From Amoebophrya sp. A120 (taxonomy: Eukaryota; Protista; Dinoflagellata), in NCBI GenBank assembly GCA_905178155.1, contig CAJINV010000008.1, positions 806,001 to 870,000 of the forward strand: DNA of 64,000 nucleotides, in the 5' to 3' direction. Below, in pieces: positions 1-12,882 of this stretch. Under the pieces are notes generated by a model, which saw only the letters and a list, made by a program, of their open reading frames with translations, had not been told where the DNA came from and searched no databases. The first letter of the stretch is position 1, and each line of letters starts with the position of its first letter. The position numbers and the translations under genes are program-made.

Positions 1-809
1 CGGGTCTGCAGGACTTTGTGCTCGCGAAGAAGACGGTGACGGTGAACAACGAACCGGTGGACTTCTATTTGGTACGAAACCAGCCCTACTTCTTCGGCGG
101 TGGGAGCGTCGGCAAGGCGTCGCTCTTGGCCTTTTTTATGTCGATCCTGCTCGGGATCAAGTTGATCATTTCGTACCCGCTCACTGTGTGGCCGGTGCTG
201 CAGGACACGGAGAAGATGCTGCAGTCCTGTGCGTGCTGTCGGCGTCGTCGGAAATTCCAGGAGGACGAAGTGCAGCCGCTTCTTGTCGGAAGTGCCGTGA
301 CTGCTGCTTCCGTGCCGTCGTCCTCGACCGTTCGCCAGCGCGGTAGTGCGGCGATGCGGGGAGGTGGCTCCGGAACTGTGCCCATGTCGGGTCAGTCCGT
401 TCTTGTGCCGAGTGAGCGTATCTCCGTGCGGCGACTGGAACTGGACGCGGACAACGTCAACGACCACACCTACGAGCCGCTCAACTGCGTACAGCGGTGT
501 TTTGCGCGCATCGCCGTTGTCACTCTCACGTTCCTCCTCGCCGCCGTCTTTGGGGCGCAGCCGGGAAAGCTCGGCGCGGTGATGGGGCTCACGGCTAACG
601 TGCCCGGGATGCTGGCGATGGTGATGTTCCCGTTCTTGGGGGTGGCTATGCTGCAGGGGCAAATGCGCCGCCTCACCGGCGCAAAAGTTGCATGCCGCGA
701 CATCGCCCTCTATGTCCTCTATGCGGTGTTGAGCGGAGTTGCTCTCATCCTGCTGGTATACCAGGTCGTCGTCACTCCGGGACAAATCGCAGACGCCTAC
801 AAGGACTGA
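1..809 (+). CDS. Amino-acid/auxin permease (Aa_trans-like) transporter, C-terminal part; start lies before the window
   Basis: Hydrophobic helices and the motifs IKLIISYPLTVWP and KLGAVMGL. Clear paralog of the last exon at 5224-5922 (VKLVISYPLTVWP, KLGAVMGL, QIADA). Confidence 0.8.
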   Translation, partial: GLQDFVLAKKTVTVNNEPVDFYLVRNQPYFFGGGSVGKASLLAFFMSILLGIKLIISYPLTVWPVLQDTEKMLQSCACCRRRRKFQEDEVQPLLVGSAVTAASVPSSSTVRQRGSAAMRGGGSGTVPMSGQSVLVPSERISVRRLELDADNVNDHTYEPLNCVQRCFARIAVVTLTFLLAAVFGAQPGKLGAVMGLTANVPGMLAMVMFPFLGVAMLQGQMRRLTGAKVACRDIALYVLYAVLSGVALILLVYQVVVTPGQIADAYKD

Positions 810-2236
810 CGAATGAGCGGAATTCTTCGCGGAACCTACTCGAGAACACATATGAAACACTGCACTTAGAAGTAGTCCAGAACACATACTGAGTTTTACT
901 CACACGAGGTGCTTCTACCGCTGTATGTTTTACTGCAATCTGCTTTGATGATCTTCAGGATTGAACTTGAAGTCGATGCGGTTTGTCCTGCAGTCTTAGA
1001 GACTCCTAGACAATCCCTCTGCCGTCTCTTATCTGGAGGATTCTCTTGCGCTCCTGCAATTTCTAAGATGTGCGTAGAAATTCTTTTTTCATCTCCCGCG
1101 ACCTTCAAACTTCATTCCCTTTTTGAAGCGCAAAAGCAGCTTCTGCGAGAAGTATGACGCGGTCAGGCTGCAGGGCCTGACAGGACCCGTCGGGACCATG
1201 AAAGTAGGAACAGCACATACGAAATTTTGACCAGACGAGCAACAGAAGACAGATGGATTCTTGGCGCGCTTTACGTCCCAGAGTCATAGATGCGCATACA
1301 TTTTGTGAAGTTCCAGTCCTGTTCAACTTCACAGAAGCCGGCTTTGCGTTGCGACGTGTCTTTTCTTTTCGTCGCTCGTGGGCTTGAGTTGAAAATGAAG
1401 ATCAAGGCCGCATTCTGTTGCCATTCCTGCAAAAGTAAATGCATGGTTTTTATTGCCGGCGACAAACAAAGTTCCATTTCGTAGCTGTGGTGACCAATAC
1501 AAAATGTTGAAAAGATGAAGATCTGCTGCTACCTTTTGGTTCTGTGGAATGGTATGAACACTGAAGGTTCAGGCGAATCTGGATCGTTCGCAACAAGTTC
1601 AGCTCATATGTAAGTACCTGCTAGCAGGATCCATTTCTTACTATCGAACTAGAAGTGACCACGGTTAAGGATCGAAATTTTCTGAAAAGAATGTGGTTGA
1701 ATGATCGAAATGAAAATCAAAATCATGCACGTGATCTGCATTGTCACACTTAGAAGAAGAAAAGCCAGAAGATCGAGGAAGTCGTCTGCTCCAGAAGGTC
1801 ATGATCAAAACGGCCTCGTTGCCGAGATCCATCATGCCAGTGATTTTTTTTGGACCGCAAACGCAATTCATTGAAAATCCATCGAACTTGAATAAATGCA
1901 GGGACTCTCGCGACCGCTTGAACATAGGACTCTTTTTCTTTGATAGCGCCGCGCGCGCTGTTGCATTTTCATAATTCATTTAGATATGCGACCCTGAAAA
2001 GCTAACTCTGACATTGCGCGACTTTTCAAAGTTTGACGGTGATTACTGAACTGCATATACACTCGTATTTTCCGGTAAAGTACAGCTGGAACAACAATCG
2101 CCATCGTTTTATTCATTGCCTCACCAGCTGCACCCGTTGTTATCAACTGGTAGATACACTACAACTGCTTTTGCTTCCGACGTTAAAAACACCTGATCAG
2201 AATACAGCGTCGTACTTCTTGTACAGCATCACAGCC

Positions 2237-5200
2237 ATGAGTCGGAAACTGTCTATTGCGGCCGCCGTCTCCTCGGTGGTGGCGAGCATGATCGGGGCGG
2301 GGATCTTTGCCTTGCCCGGTGGTGTCGCCATGTCCGGTTTGATCGCGGGACTGGGTGTGAGTCTGGTTCTGGGTTGGTTTCTGTTCACGATCCCGGCACT
2401 GGCGCTGGCCAAGGCCTGCGACCTGTGCGAGGAGCTTGACGACCTGGAGGAGGAGCTGAAACCCGAGAACTTCGGGGAAAACAAGAAGAGTCGGCGGGAG
2501 CTGCTGCAGGAGGCCAAGACCGTGCTGCTGCCGGCCGAGGAAGAATCGAAGTACCAGGAGCGGCGCGGCAGCCGCTTGTCGGCATCACGGGTGTCGCAGG
2601 GCAGCGCGGGGGGCGAGGAGGGTGCCGCGGCCACCTCCGCATCCCGACGCCAATCCCGCACCTACCTCGGGAGCAAGCCCGTCGTGGACGGGTTCAACCA
2701 ACCCGAGCTGCGGGAGCGGGTCTCTGTCGTAGTCGGATCGCACATAGACGCTAACGGCCGAGAATCTGTCACCATCGTCGAAGAAGATAAAAAGTACTAT
2801 GAAACAACTGCTTAGAGCGGGGTAACAAATTCAGGTGATTTGTGGTCATCCCACTTTTCACCCGCCCGGCCGGGTGGGTGAAAAGTGGGACGGAGCCGGA
2901 TCCACGCGCACGCGCACGGAGAAAAGCAAGATCCGGCAGTCAGTCGGTCATGATCCTGGTTCTGTCCCACGTTTCGCCCACCCGGCCGGGCGGGTGAAAA
3001 GTGGGATGACCACAAATCACCTTAATTTGTTACCCCGCTCTATATACTTCTAGATCCTTCTACTTGGTGCTGCTGTCTTATTCTTTGGTGCATGATATTT
3101 CTTAAGTCCGAGGCTACAGTATTAACGTTGTAAGTAGCTGTCGGAAGTCCTCTCTTCGTGATCTAATACTCATATAGGGGCCTCTAGAAGAAGAAGATGA
3201 AGATGTAGATGATATGGATCTGCTTATGTGTGGTTCCAACCGAAATTCATAACTTTTCCCAACTATTCGCAGGATCTATCTGTTGGGCGATGTAGCGGAG
3301 CGCGCCTTCAGTTTTGAGGGCAGCAAGATTCGGTGGGGGAAAGTGGCCCGGTACGCGGTGAACATCTTATTACAGTGAAAACTGCCCCCACCCCCGAACA
3401 TGGGAGCATTTGTATTGCAAACCTTTCCAAATGAAACATTTGCCCTTTTGCATCTAGCAGCATCACAGATTTCCGATCGTGAATAGCAAAGATTTGTATT
3501 GCAAAGGATCCCAGCAAGAGCGGCGCTTGTCATGCAAGCGATGCGATACACGCCTAGACTCTGCAGCAGAAAGATTCATACTCCTTTCATGCATGACAAA
3601 AAGTTTTCATTTGGAAACTTCGCATTACAAATTTATGCAACTTTGGGGGGTGGGGGCATTTTTCCTCGCGATACATCTTGGGAAGTCTCTATTTGCTGTT
3701 TGCGTGTGCGATCTTCCTTCTTCTCATGGGCGACGCAGTAGCGAACCTTTTGCAAAGTAAGAGACAGCTGATGCTTGTCTACTTGGCGTTTCATCCTAGA
3801 TGCTATCAAAAATTCAAGACCAGACGTGGCGCATTTGTGTATGCAATGTAATGAATCTGGTTCAGGCTGCATATGACATTGTTGTGAGGGTGGTATTCTT
3901 ATCAGCGAATTATGAACTTCTAAAACTAATTGAACACTACTACTACTTACAGACGTCGCACTCATGCGGGGGGACAGGAGCGAATATCTTGCGGGTTCGA
4001 AAGAGGCGGTGTGGGCAGAAGCGGTGGTTTTTGCCTTGCTGATGGCGTGCCTGGTGCAGATTCCCGACGTTTCTATTATCGCACGTGTTTCTTTCATTGG
4101 GACTGGGGCCGCGATCGGTATCTGCCTGGTCTTTGTGATTGCCCCTCTCATCCTCCACACCGAGCACGGGCTCCCCAATCCCGCGCCGGGACAGGTATAC
4201 ATAGTCATCGATTTCGTACATTATTTTCAGTGTCATGGAAGAGATGTAGATTTAGGGTTTAGGCTCTATGCAAGTAGCAGGACGACCGCGTGCGCGACCT
4301 CCCGCCTGAGTTTCCGGCTTGTACTAGCTGGAAGAACGGACCTTCAGCATAGTGCGACGGGACACAGCTACCCCAATGGACGAAGATCAATTACGTGTGT
4401 CACATTTTCAAAAAACAACTTCCACAGTCTCTGGCGACGTGGTACCCCGTAAAGGACGCGAAAATGAATCTGGAGGCATTGCAAAACACGGAGGAGGAGA
4501 AATTCTACTTGTGGGCAAAAGACTCGCGGTATAGCAGTGTGGAAGGTAGCAAGGGACCCGTTGTCTATCAGCTTCAGGATTACGCTGGCAACGCGTTAGG
4601 CAGTGCAGAACGCGTCTTGGAGTCGCTCGCGGCCTGCGCATTCGGCTTCGCTTTTGCCTTGTTGGTGCCGTACGTTCGGGTACTTTACCAGAGTGTTTGT
4701 GTCCGACTGAAAATGGGATGAAATATGAAATCTCATTGAATGATATCAGAGCAGGCTTTCGTAGTAGCAACTTGACATTGTTCCTTTCCGCATGATTAAA
4801 AATTTTTAACCGCACAACTACTACATTGCAGGCCGACCTTGAGGAACCGAAACGGATGGGCCAGGTGATTTTGATCGCGACGATTTTGACGGCGCTGGTT
4901 TACGCCATGGTGGTTTTCGCGGGGCTTTTAGCGGGTGGCCAGCGCTATCTGCTGGTGGCCAACAGCAATATCTCCAAGGCCCTCAAGTGGTTCGAAACCG
5001 AGGTTCGATGGAGTAAGCAGGGCGAAGCCGGCAGTCTCGACCCGCAACCACCGACGGTATCTACATACTTGCAAATTATATACCTTCGAGATTCATCTAC
5101 CAGCTGTTTTGTTTAGAAGATTAGGCCAAAGAATGAAGATTAGGTCAGGGTTGTTTGGGATCGCTACCTAGTACCAAAAAGTTGGTTTAGAATACTTTAT

Positions 5201-5922
5201 CATGATGAACACAACTTGAACAGGACGCTGTGAAGATTACAGAGATCAGTGGCGTCGAGATCGGTGGCGAAAAATACAATTTCTACCTGACCAAGAACGA
5301 AAAGTACTTTCTTGGGGAAGGGAGCAACATCGGAAAGGGCACCCTGTTGAGCTTCATCATGATGATTTTCTTGGCCGTCAAGCTCGTGATTTCGTACCCG
5401 CTCACCGTGTGGCCCACGATTCGCGACGCCGAGATTGCTGTCCAGAGCACCTGCGGAAAGCGCAAGGCCGGCAGCAAGCCGCAGAAGAACTCGAAGAAGC
5501 AAGACGCAAAGGACAGCGACGAGGAGGCTGAGCACGTCGCGGTAGAAGAAAGACCCATGGACGAGTACGAGGAGTTGCCTTTTCTCACCAAGGCCTTGGT
5601 GCGCGTCGCGGTTGTCGCGTTCACCTTTGGTATTGCAGCCATCTTCGGGTGCCAGGAGAGCAAATTGGGCGCGGTGATGGGGCTGGCCGCGGCCGTGCCG
5701 GGCGTGCTGTCGATGGTGATGTTTCCGATGATCGCCATCCAGCTGCTGCAGAGGAAACGCCGCCAGCTCACCCAGCAACCAGCGACGGGGAAGGAGATCG
5801 GGGAGATGGTCTTCCACGCCTTCCTAATGATCATCGCCATTTCCGTTCTCGTCTACCAGCTGAAGTCGACACCAAAGCAAATCGCCGACGCCTTCAAAGG
5901 CGACGAGGAGCCGCTCGTATGA
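2237..5922 (+). CDS. Amino-acid transporter (Aa_trans family); join(2237..2793,3273..3367,3679..3756,3953..4194,4428..4679,4832..5056,5224..5922)
   Basis: N-terminal SMIGAGIFALP motif, GDVAERAF, multiple TM helices. Five GT-AG introns plus one introner. Joined length 2148 nt, open frame. Confidence 0.85.
2815..3040. mobile_element. 226-bp MITE with TA target-site duplication (Tc1/mariner-like) inside GT-AG intron 2794-3272
   Basis: ~64-bp TIRs (GAGCGGGGTAACAAATT...) with one mismatch. TA on both sides (2813-2814, 3041-3042). Confidence 0.9.
3368..3673. mobile_element. Introner, diverged family B
   Basis: TAT...ATA ends, degenerate IR containing the GCCCCCACCCCC block, DR CATCT. Removal gives VNILGSLYLLF. 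Confidence 0.85.
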
Positions 5923-7960
5923 GCAAATCCTGGTTCTTGGCGACTACGGTCGCGGGCGGCGTGCAGACGAAAGGGCCAATTATTGCACCGAGGTCCATGA
6001 GGCGAAGCAGTCTAGTTGTTGAGCAAGAGGGTCTATTGTGATGAAACGAGCAGCTCCTCGCCCAGCGGGCAACTGCTGGGCTTCTTGCGCTCGATCCGTT
6101 TGTTGCTGTCAAGCATGCCAACGCTGCGGTTTTGTAGCTCGATCATTCTTTAGTCTCGACACTCGCAATGGATCTGGACTTCCGAAAACTTGAGATCTCA
6201 GGTTGGTCTTGTTCTCCGCTGCTATGGACTCTGTAAGTATAGGTCTTCACTGCCCCATGACAAACGCGAAATATTTTCGTTTAGGCAGAGTACCAATCTG
6301 ACTTGAGTTTCATCACGCCGTTGTCAATAGTGGCGGTGCCGCTGGTGCCTGGAGGCGAGAACACTTCAGGAAAGCGAAGGATTCTACTACAACTGTATTG
6401 AGTTTCATCTACAACTTCAATATCGCGACACTGAAGATCGATGTACTTGGCGAGCGACTAAATCTAGCGATCGATGGTAACTTTTGATGCGCAAACATAC
6501 CTATTAACACGACCAGGTAAATCTGGGTAGCATTCCGGACTTCTTTCACTCAGTGTTTGAGTGCGGGAAACTACTCTGATTATTTGGAAAATAGTCCCCC
6601 TTCTGTAGTTCAGCAGGTTTGGACTTGCAACATCAACATTGTAGTGATACACACAAACATCGGCGACGAGAACATCCAAAGAGGCGGAGATAATTCTCGA
6701 TGAAACTATGACAGCGCCTCGTGAAGATGGTTTGGTTTTGGTAGTGCATTTTTGGACACGAAATGCTCCGTGCGAGGTGAAAAATTGAGTTTAATCCACC
6801 ACGCCCGCATATGGACACCTACTTTCTTGTAGCTGTACGACATACTGGTATCCTATCCGTAGCTGCGCGCCCTATTCCTACCAGAAGAGGTTTGGAGTAA
6901 AAGTATCGAGACGATGTGTTTCTGCTGAACAGAAGAAGAATGCATGTGCGCGGTGCAAACATAGTGAAGATTTTGCGCTCGTGGAACAAATAAAGATATT
7001 ATTGACATTGTCAATAATATCTTTATTTGTTCCAAGAATGGAATAGGAATATGGACCTCCTGAACCGTTTTGCTTCGTATTCGCAAAGCAGACGCAGAGA
7101 TTGTAAATGTTTTGACGTCTTGATGATCTGACGCAAATGTCGAATTGCGCAGAGGACAACGACAATCGGCACCTCGATGCACCAGGTGTGCTGTGCCTGA
7201 TGACAAATACTGACGTTCTATGAGGCTGATCTTACAGTAACGAGAAGCCGACCAAGCCAAATCAAAAATCTCGCGCAACATGTTCACTAGTTCTCTACAC
7301 GTGGAACAAAAACGATCATGATTCGCTGAAACAAAAAATAAAAGGAGTGCAGCCCGCCCTCCTAGACGGCCTCATCAAAGGTTCCGTGGTTCCAACGCTT
7401 CAGAGGATCCGTGGTTCACGTTTTTGTTTGAAATACTGGTGGTGCACCAGATCCTCGACGATCCGGATCATAAAAGGTCATAGCGGAAATAAAAGTCGCC
7501 AGCCCCCAGAATAGAAAGCTCGGAAGATCTCATCTCGTCGTCGATCGACATTTTTTGGATGGTGCTCACGGAAACGACGTGGGTCGCGCAAGCGTTAGCA
7601 CTGCAGGAGTAGAAAGACAACAGGTCAAGTGAGACCGTCTCCGTCTTTCATAGAATTTGCCTTACTAATTGTGACTCTGCAGCGACGACAAAGTTACTAT
7701 GAGATATTTGTTCTTTCGGTTTGGCGGGTTTATTCCGTTTCTCATACACGAGCTTCTGCACGACACATACTTTCAATTTCCATTCATTTGCAGCTAGTGC
7801 ATCTGAAGTATTTTTGAGTATCGCCAGACATTTGTAAGAAGCTTGGAATCAAACTCCAAGTAGGTATATTCTTTCACAATGTTTCATCATCCCAGCGCAA
7901 CATTCAAGTAAGTAAATTCCTGCTCCGCCTAGGTCGACACCGATATTAGCGCTGGAAACG

Positions 7961-10900
7961 ATGGCGGTTTCTGGATCGCAGCGGCCGCCAAGTGCGGCCG
8001 GTAATGCGACTGGGGCACCAGGAGCCGCAGCTGCTCGAGCGAGCGCAGACGTGGCGAATAAAACCAAAAAATTGCAGGCGCCGCAGTCGTCCGCCTCCTC
8101 CCTGCGGAGAAACAATCTAGTCCCAGCCGGTACCTCCAGCGACGGGGTGCCTCCAGCACTGGAGAAGATGCAGGCACACATCACGGAGTACGACTTTTAC
8201 GACGATATCGTGGACGAGGGGCTGCCAAAGAACACCAAGGGGGTGAGCGAAGCGGACGCGGTGCACGACCGTCCTGCAAATGGGGACGAAATATTAAAGT
8301 TGGACAGCGCGAACTTTGCCTCCGAGACGGAGTTCTTGCGTAAAAAGCGCGAGAAGGAGCGCGAGGTGCGGTTGCGGGAGCTCTCCGCCGAGGACCGGGC
8401 GCGGCTGCAGAAGTTCACGGACCGCGAGGCCGAGCTGCGGGGGCTGTCCGACTTTTACGACACCGCGGAAGCGTACCGAGAAGACATGGAGCCGCTTTTT
8501 CTGGAGGAGCTGAAGGCCACCCTGGCGCGGGGCAAGGCCGCGATGATTTCGGAGATGGAGCATATGACGCAGATCGAGTTCGTCAAGCCGCCCCCGCCGG
8601 CGACCGGAGAGCAGCCTTGGCTGCGACTCGAGCTGGACCGCCGGTCGGACGTGTATCTGCAGTTGTCGCGGAAGTACGACGAGTCGCAGCTGCGGTACTG
8701 CACGGGGGATATCGTCCTCCTGTCCGACCAGGCGCACGCGCACACCCGGACCGGCGTGCACGCGCTGTGCGTGGTGCACAACATGCACGGGATGCGGCTC
8801 ACGCTGAGAACCATCGTGCGGCGGGATAACGACCGGTGCAAGCGGTTGGCGCAGGCGGTGGCGCGCAAGTCCGCCGCGTTCCAGGAGCGGGAGGCGCAGG
8901 GCTGGTACGTGAGCAAGGTGGAGTCCCTGTCCACGTCCGGGCGCGAGTGGATCGCCATGCACGCCCTGGACGAGATGCCCCTGAAGCCCTACCTGCTGAA
9001 CTGGAGTCAGCTCTGCAGCACCGACCCGAATGACGAGGTGCGGATGAAGATCAGCCACGACCTCGAGAACCGGCTGCGGGAGAGGTACAACGCCTCGCAA
9101 CTGCACGCGATTCAGGCGTGCCGCAAGGCGAAAGGCATCACGCTGGTCCAGGGGCCGCCGGGGACCGGCAAGAGCACCACAATCTCTGGGATCATCAGCG
9201 TCCTGATCAACAGTATGCAGGTGAAGAAGCAGCATCGCGGCGACGTGAGCACGGAGGAGGAGAAGCTGCCGCTGTACCTGCGCCGTCGCGCGAAGCAGCG
9301 CCAGCAGCAGGAAGAGGAAAAATTCAAGCAGCAGCTACAACTCCTGGGTGGAGGAACAAATAGTAATTACAAGGACAAACGGCAAATTGAAAATCTGTTG
9401 CGGATGCGAAGTCAGCAGCCGTGGATGTACCAAGAGACCCCGTTCGTACCGTGGATGGACGACGAGGCGAATGACGTGTCTGCCGGTATGCTGATCCGGG
9501 ACTACGTCAAGCTTCCGGCGTCGTGTCTGGTTTCCATGTCCGCGATGACAGAAGAGGAGCGTCCCAGCTTTTCGAAGGTGCTTGTCTGCGCGCCGTCCAA
9601 TGCGGCCATCGACGAAATCGTCCGGCGGTTGACCACGGAGGGGATCTTCGGCCGGGACGGCAAAACCTACAAGCCCAACGTGATTCGGCTGGGTCCGGGG
9701 GTGCACGATTCGCTGCAGCAGTTTTCGTTGGAGCACCAAGCCACGCTGCGGGCGAAGGCGCAGGGCGTCCACCAGGGTGCGCAGCAGAACCAGAAAGCCG
9801 AACTGGACCTGATCAAGCGCCAGCTGCTGCTGGAGGCCAACGTGGTTTGCGCCACGTGCTCCGTCGCGGGCGCGCGCGACGTGTCCACCTTCGGGTACGC
9901 CTTCGAGTCTGTGGTGATCGACGAAGCGGCTCAGGGCGTGGAGCTGAGCACGCTGATTCCGCTGCAGTCGGGCTGCAAGCGGCTCGTGCTGGTCGGGGAT
10001 CCGCTCCAACTTCCGGCCACGGTGTTCTCGGGTATCGCGAAGAAGAAGATCTACGACCGCAGTCTTTTCCAGCGGCTAGCGGAGGACGGGTACCCCGTGG
10101 AGCGATTGAGCGTGCAGTACCGCATGCACCCCCGGATCGCCGCCTTCCCCTCCAGGCACTTCTACCAGGGCAGCCTGGGCAATTTTCGGGACGAAGTCCA
10201 GTTCGAAGAGCACTTTGGGGACACGGACTTCTGGGAGCTTCCTTACTTCAAGCCGCTCTCCTTCTTCAACCTGACCTTCTCGGCGGAGGCCGAGGAGAAG
10301 CATTCCATCGTGAACGAGAAGGAGGCGGACTTTGTTGTGCTGCTGTACAAGACGCTAGTCCAACTGTACCCCAAGTACGACTGGCGCAAGTGGTGCGGCG
10401 TGATTTCTCCGTACGAACGCCAGGTGTCTTTGCTCAAACGCAAGTTTCGGGACCTCTACGGTCTGCAGCCGCACGAGCCCTGCCCGGTGGAGGTGAAAAC
10501 CGTCGATGGGTTCCAGGGCAGCGAGAAGGAGGTGATCCTGCTCAGCACGGTCCGCAGCAACGCGGCCACGCGGACCGACCCGGTGATCGGGTTTCTCCGG
10601 GACACCCGTCGAATGAACGTCGCCATGACGCGGGCGCGCCGAGGGCTGTTTGTGGTGGGGAACGCAGCCACGCTGCAAGCAGACGCGAATTGGAAGGCGT
10701 TTCTCAAGTTTGTCCGCAACCGCACCATCCACGCAGCGCACGATATTAACAACGAGAGGGCGCTGGCCGTCCGGATCCGCGAGTTTCTCCGGGGTCACCG
10801 TGAGTGGGTGCCCACCGAGGCGCAGCGCCGGGCGTTCGAGCGTGAGCTGACGGATTTGTCTCTGTCGCCCAAGGAGCGGGCAACCAAGCAGATGCGGTTG

Positions 10901-11731
10901 GTACACCAGCGCAAACGCGCTCGGAGCGGTGACAAGTTCTTCGAAGCAGCCAGTAGTGCCGGTGTAGACCACGATCGGTCGGACGACGACTCAAGCGAGG
11001 ACGACGAGCCCGACACGCCGAAAAAAAAGAGTTCCAGCAAGAAGGTCGTGGAAGCTGGACCCACTCCCGCGGAGTACTTTTTGCGGCTGCACGTGGAGAG
11101 TGTTCCGTTTCTCCGGAACTTTGAGGACGCGGCGGAAGATGCCAGGATTGACCCCCACAGCGTGGGCGATCCGGGTTTGTTCCACCTGACCAAGCACGAC
11201 ATTAGCTCCCTGGTCGCGAAGCAGAAAGAGGAGCAGCGGCTGCACCAGACCGAGGCGGAGTTTGCGCGTGAGTTGGCGGAGCTGGAGCGGAAACAGGACT
11301 TGGAGCGCAAGAAGGCGGCAGAGGAGGAGGAGCGGCAGCGACAACACAACTTGCAGGAAATGGAGGCCCAGCAGGATGTTTTGGACTACATGGAAAATGA
11401 AGACGAGCAAGCAGAGCAGGAAGATCATGCTCATATACCCAAGCCCGCCACACCTGGCCCCGTGCCTCTAGCTGCCCCCCAAGGCAGTGCGCCCCAGGAA
11501 AATGAGAAGAAGAAAGCGATAAGAGTAGAGGCTGGAGGGCTCGCACAAAAAGGTAAACCTGATTTGGGTACTACTAGCGGATCGGTGCCGGCTAAAGCAG
11601 CTGCAGCGCCTCCGCCGGGTGACGAGGATGACGAGGACGAGGATCAGGGTGTAAGTGCGATGGACATCTACGACGGCAACAGCGTGTACAGCGACGAGAA
11701 TAACAGCATGCAAGTCGATGATGTAGGGTGA
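7961..11731 (+). CDS. SEN1: SEN1/senataxin-like (UPF1-like superfamily 1) helicase, intronless, 1256 aa
   Basis: Motifs QGPPGTGKS, CAPSNAAIDE, VIDEAAQ, GDPLQLP, QYRMHP, TVDGFQGSEKE, RRMNVAMTRAR. No UPF1 CH domain visible. Confidence 0.88.
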   Translation: MAVSGSQRPPSAAGNATGAPGAAAARASADVANKTKKLQAPQSSASSLRRNNLVPAGTSSDGVPPALEKMQAHITEYDFYDDIVDEGLPKNTKGVSEADAVHDRPANGDEILKLDSANFASETEFLRKKREKEREVRLRELSAEDRARLQKFTDREAELRGLSDFYDTAEAYREDMEPLFLEELKATLARGKAAMISEMEHMTQIEFVKPPPPATGEQPWLRLELDRRSDVYLQLSRKYDESQLRYCTGDIVLLSDQAHAHTRTGVHALCVVHNMHGMRLTLRTIVRRDNDRCKRLAQAVARKSAAFQEREAQGWYVSKVESLSTSGREWIAMHALDEMPLKPYLLNWSQLCSTDPNDEVRMKISHDLENRLRERYNASQLHAIQACRKAKGITLVQGPPGTGKSTTISGIISVLINSMQVKKQHRGDVSTEEEKLPLYLRRRAKQRQQQEEEKFKQQLQLLGGGTNSNYKDKRQIENLLRMRSQQPWMYQETPFVPWMDDEANDVSAGMLIRDYVKLPASCLVSMSAMTEEERPSFSKVLVCAPSNAAIDEIVRRLTTEGIFGRDGKTYKPNVIRLGPGVHDSLQQFSLEHQATLRAKAQGVHQGAQQNQKAELDLIKRQLLLEANVVCATCSVAGARDVSTFGYAFESVVIDEAAQGVELSTLIPLQSGCKRLVLVGDPLQLPATVFSGIAKKKIYDRSLFQRLAEDGYPVERLSVQYRMHPRIAAFPSRHFYQGSLGNFRDEVQFEEHFGDTDFWELPYFKPLSFFNLTFSAEAEEKHSIVNEKEADFVVLLYKTLVQLYPKYDWRKWCGVISPYERQVSLLKRKFRDLYGLQPHEPCPVEVKTVDGFQGSEKEVILLSTVRSNAATRTDPVIGFLRDTRRMNVAMTRARRGLFVVGNAATLQADANWKAFLKFVRNRTIHAAHDINNERALAVRIREFLRGHREWVPTEAQRRAFERELTDLSLSPKERATKQMRLVHQRKRARSGDKFFEAASSAGVDHDRSDDDSSEDDEPDTPKKKSSSKKVVEAGPTPAEYFLRLHVESVPFLRNFEDAAEDARIDPHSVGDPGLFHLTKHDISSLVAKQKEEQRLHQTEAEFARELAELERKQDLERKKAAEEEERQRQHNLQEMEAQQDVLDYMENEDEQAEQEDHAHIPKPATPGPVPLAAPQGSAPQENEKKKAIRVEAGGLAQKGKPDLGTTSGSVPAKAAAAPPPGDEDDEDEDQGVSAMDIYDGNSVYSDENNSMQVDDVG

Positions 11732-12882
11732 CAGGCTCCGGATTTTTCCGAACGGAACAGTCATGTGGAGTACTAGAATACTGCGACTCTCTTCGACGTC
11801 GGATGGAAAAACAAGTCCGCACCAATTTTTCTTTCACCTGCGACACAACCTACTTTTCGCGTTTAATCGACCGCAAGCATAGTTCATATGAGTGTGCCTT
11901 TGCAACTGTACAACGAAAGTGAGATGACAGTCGCGCAGCGGAGACATGATGTGTTGCCTGCAGCTTTTTGGTGACGTGGCACTCTGGTATTGTTCGCGTC
12001 TGTTTCAGCTTTTGGGACTTCAAATTATGGCTTTTGGGACACAAGAGACTCTGTGCGATCGAAGTAAATTGACAGCCCCTCTTTTTGGGTGGCGCGGATG
12101 GAGAATACACGAAATCACGAGGTAGATGTTGATCGGACCAGCCGGAAGCCGCCCTTTGTTGAACGTGGCTTCTTGATCTATGGTGCGCACTGAAAGTGCA
12201 TCGATCGGACGCTTGTACCGTACACGAGACATGACCTACGTTCGGTTGCGTATCGGAGCTACTTGGTACGCACATTTGAAAGACCAAGTGCGTCATTTGT
12301 CGTGAACATTGTTTGAGTCGTTCACTAAGAGCTTTCATACTCAGGCAGAGCCGCAGTGCGCATCCATATTTTTACTTCCTGTCGCGCTCCTTCTCTCCTC
12401 GTGGCCTTGCGCCGGTAGAATTGTGCTTAGAACTATTTTTTCGTATTGTTTTAATTTTACATTGGATTTCGTACGTGAACTTCCAGATCCATTATTTTCT
12501 GCTTTTTGCTGTTGGCACTTATTATTTACTTGTATTCCGATTGCTATTTTTAATGGCATCGACGAGGGAGGGCCTTCGTTACCGATGTGGTTTAGAGCAC
12601 ATGTTTCCGCTGCACGGGGCTCGTCCACTTGGCGAGCCACCAAGCTTTTCTTCCGTGCGCAAGAAGATTTGGGGTCCGCGCGGAGGTAGTCGAGCTGCGA
12701 AAGCTGTGGAAAATGACTGCGCCAGGTTTTTTGGATCTTCGTGTGGGTTGTGGATCTCCTCCAGTTCTATTACACCGGCTTTGCCGGCTTCCTACTGCCG
12801 GCAACGTTTTCATGTTGGTATCCTGCGGCAGGAGCAGCACCGGAGATGCGATACAGCAAGAATTGCTGTGTGCAGATCATCG

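Noticed and set aside
8197-11846. Long antisense and alternative-frame ORFs over the helicase (and over other GC-rich exons)
   Set aside because: Expected shadows of GC-rich codon usage, with no recognisable motifs.
12313-12882. N-terminal 190 aa of the 788-aa ORF as part of the ABC1 kinase
   Set aside because: Non-ATG start and UTR-like composition. The ATG at 12883 gives a more plausible N-terminus.
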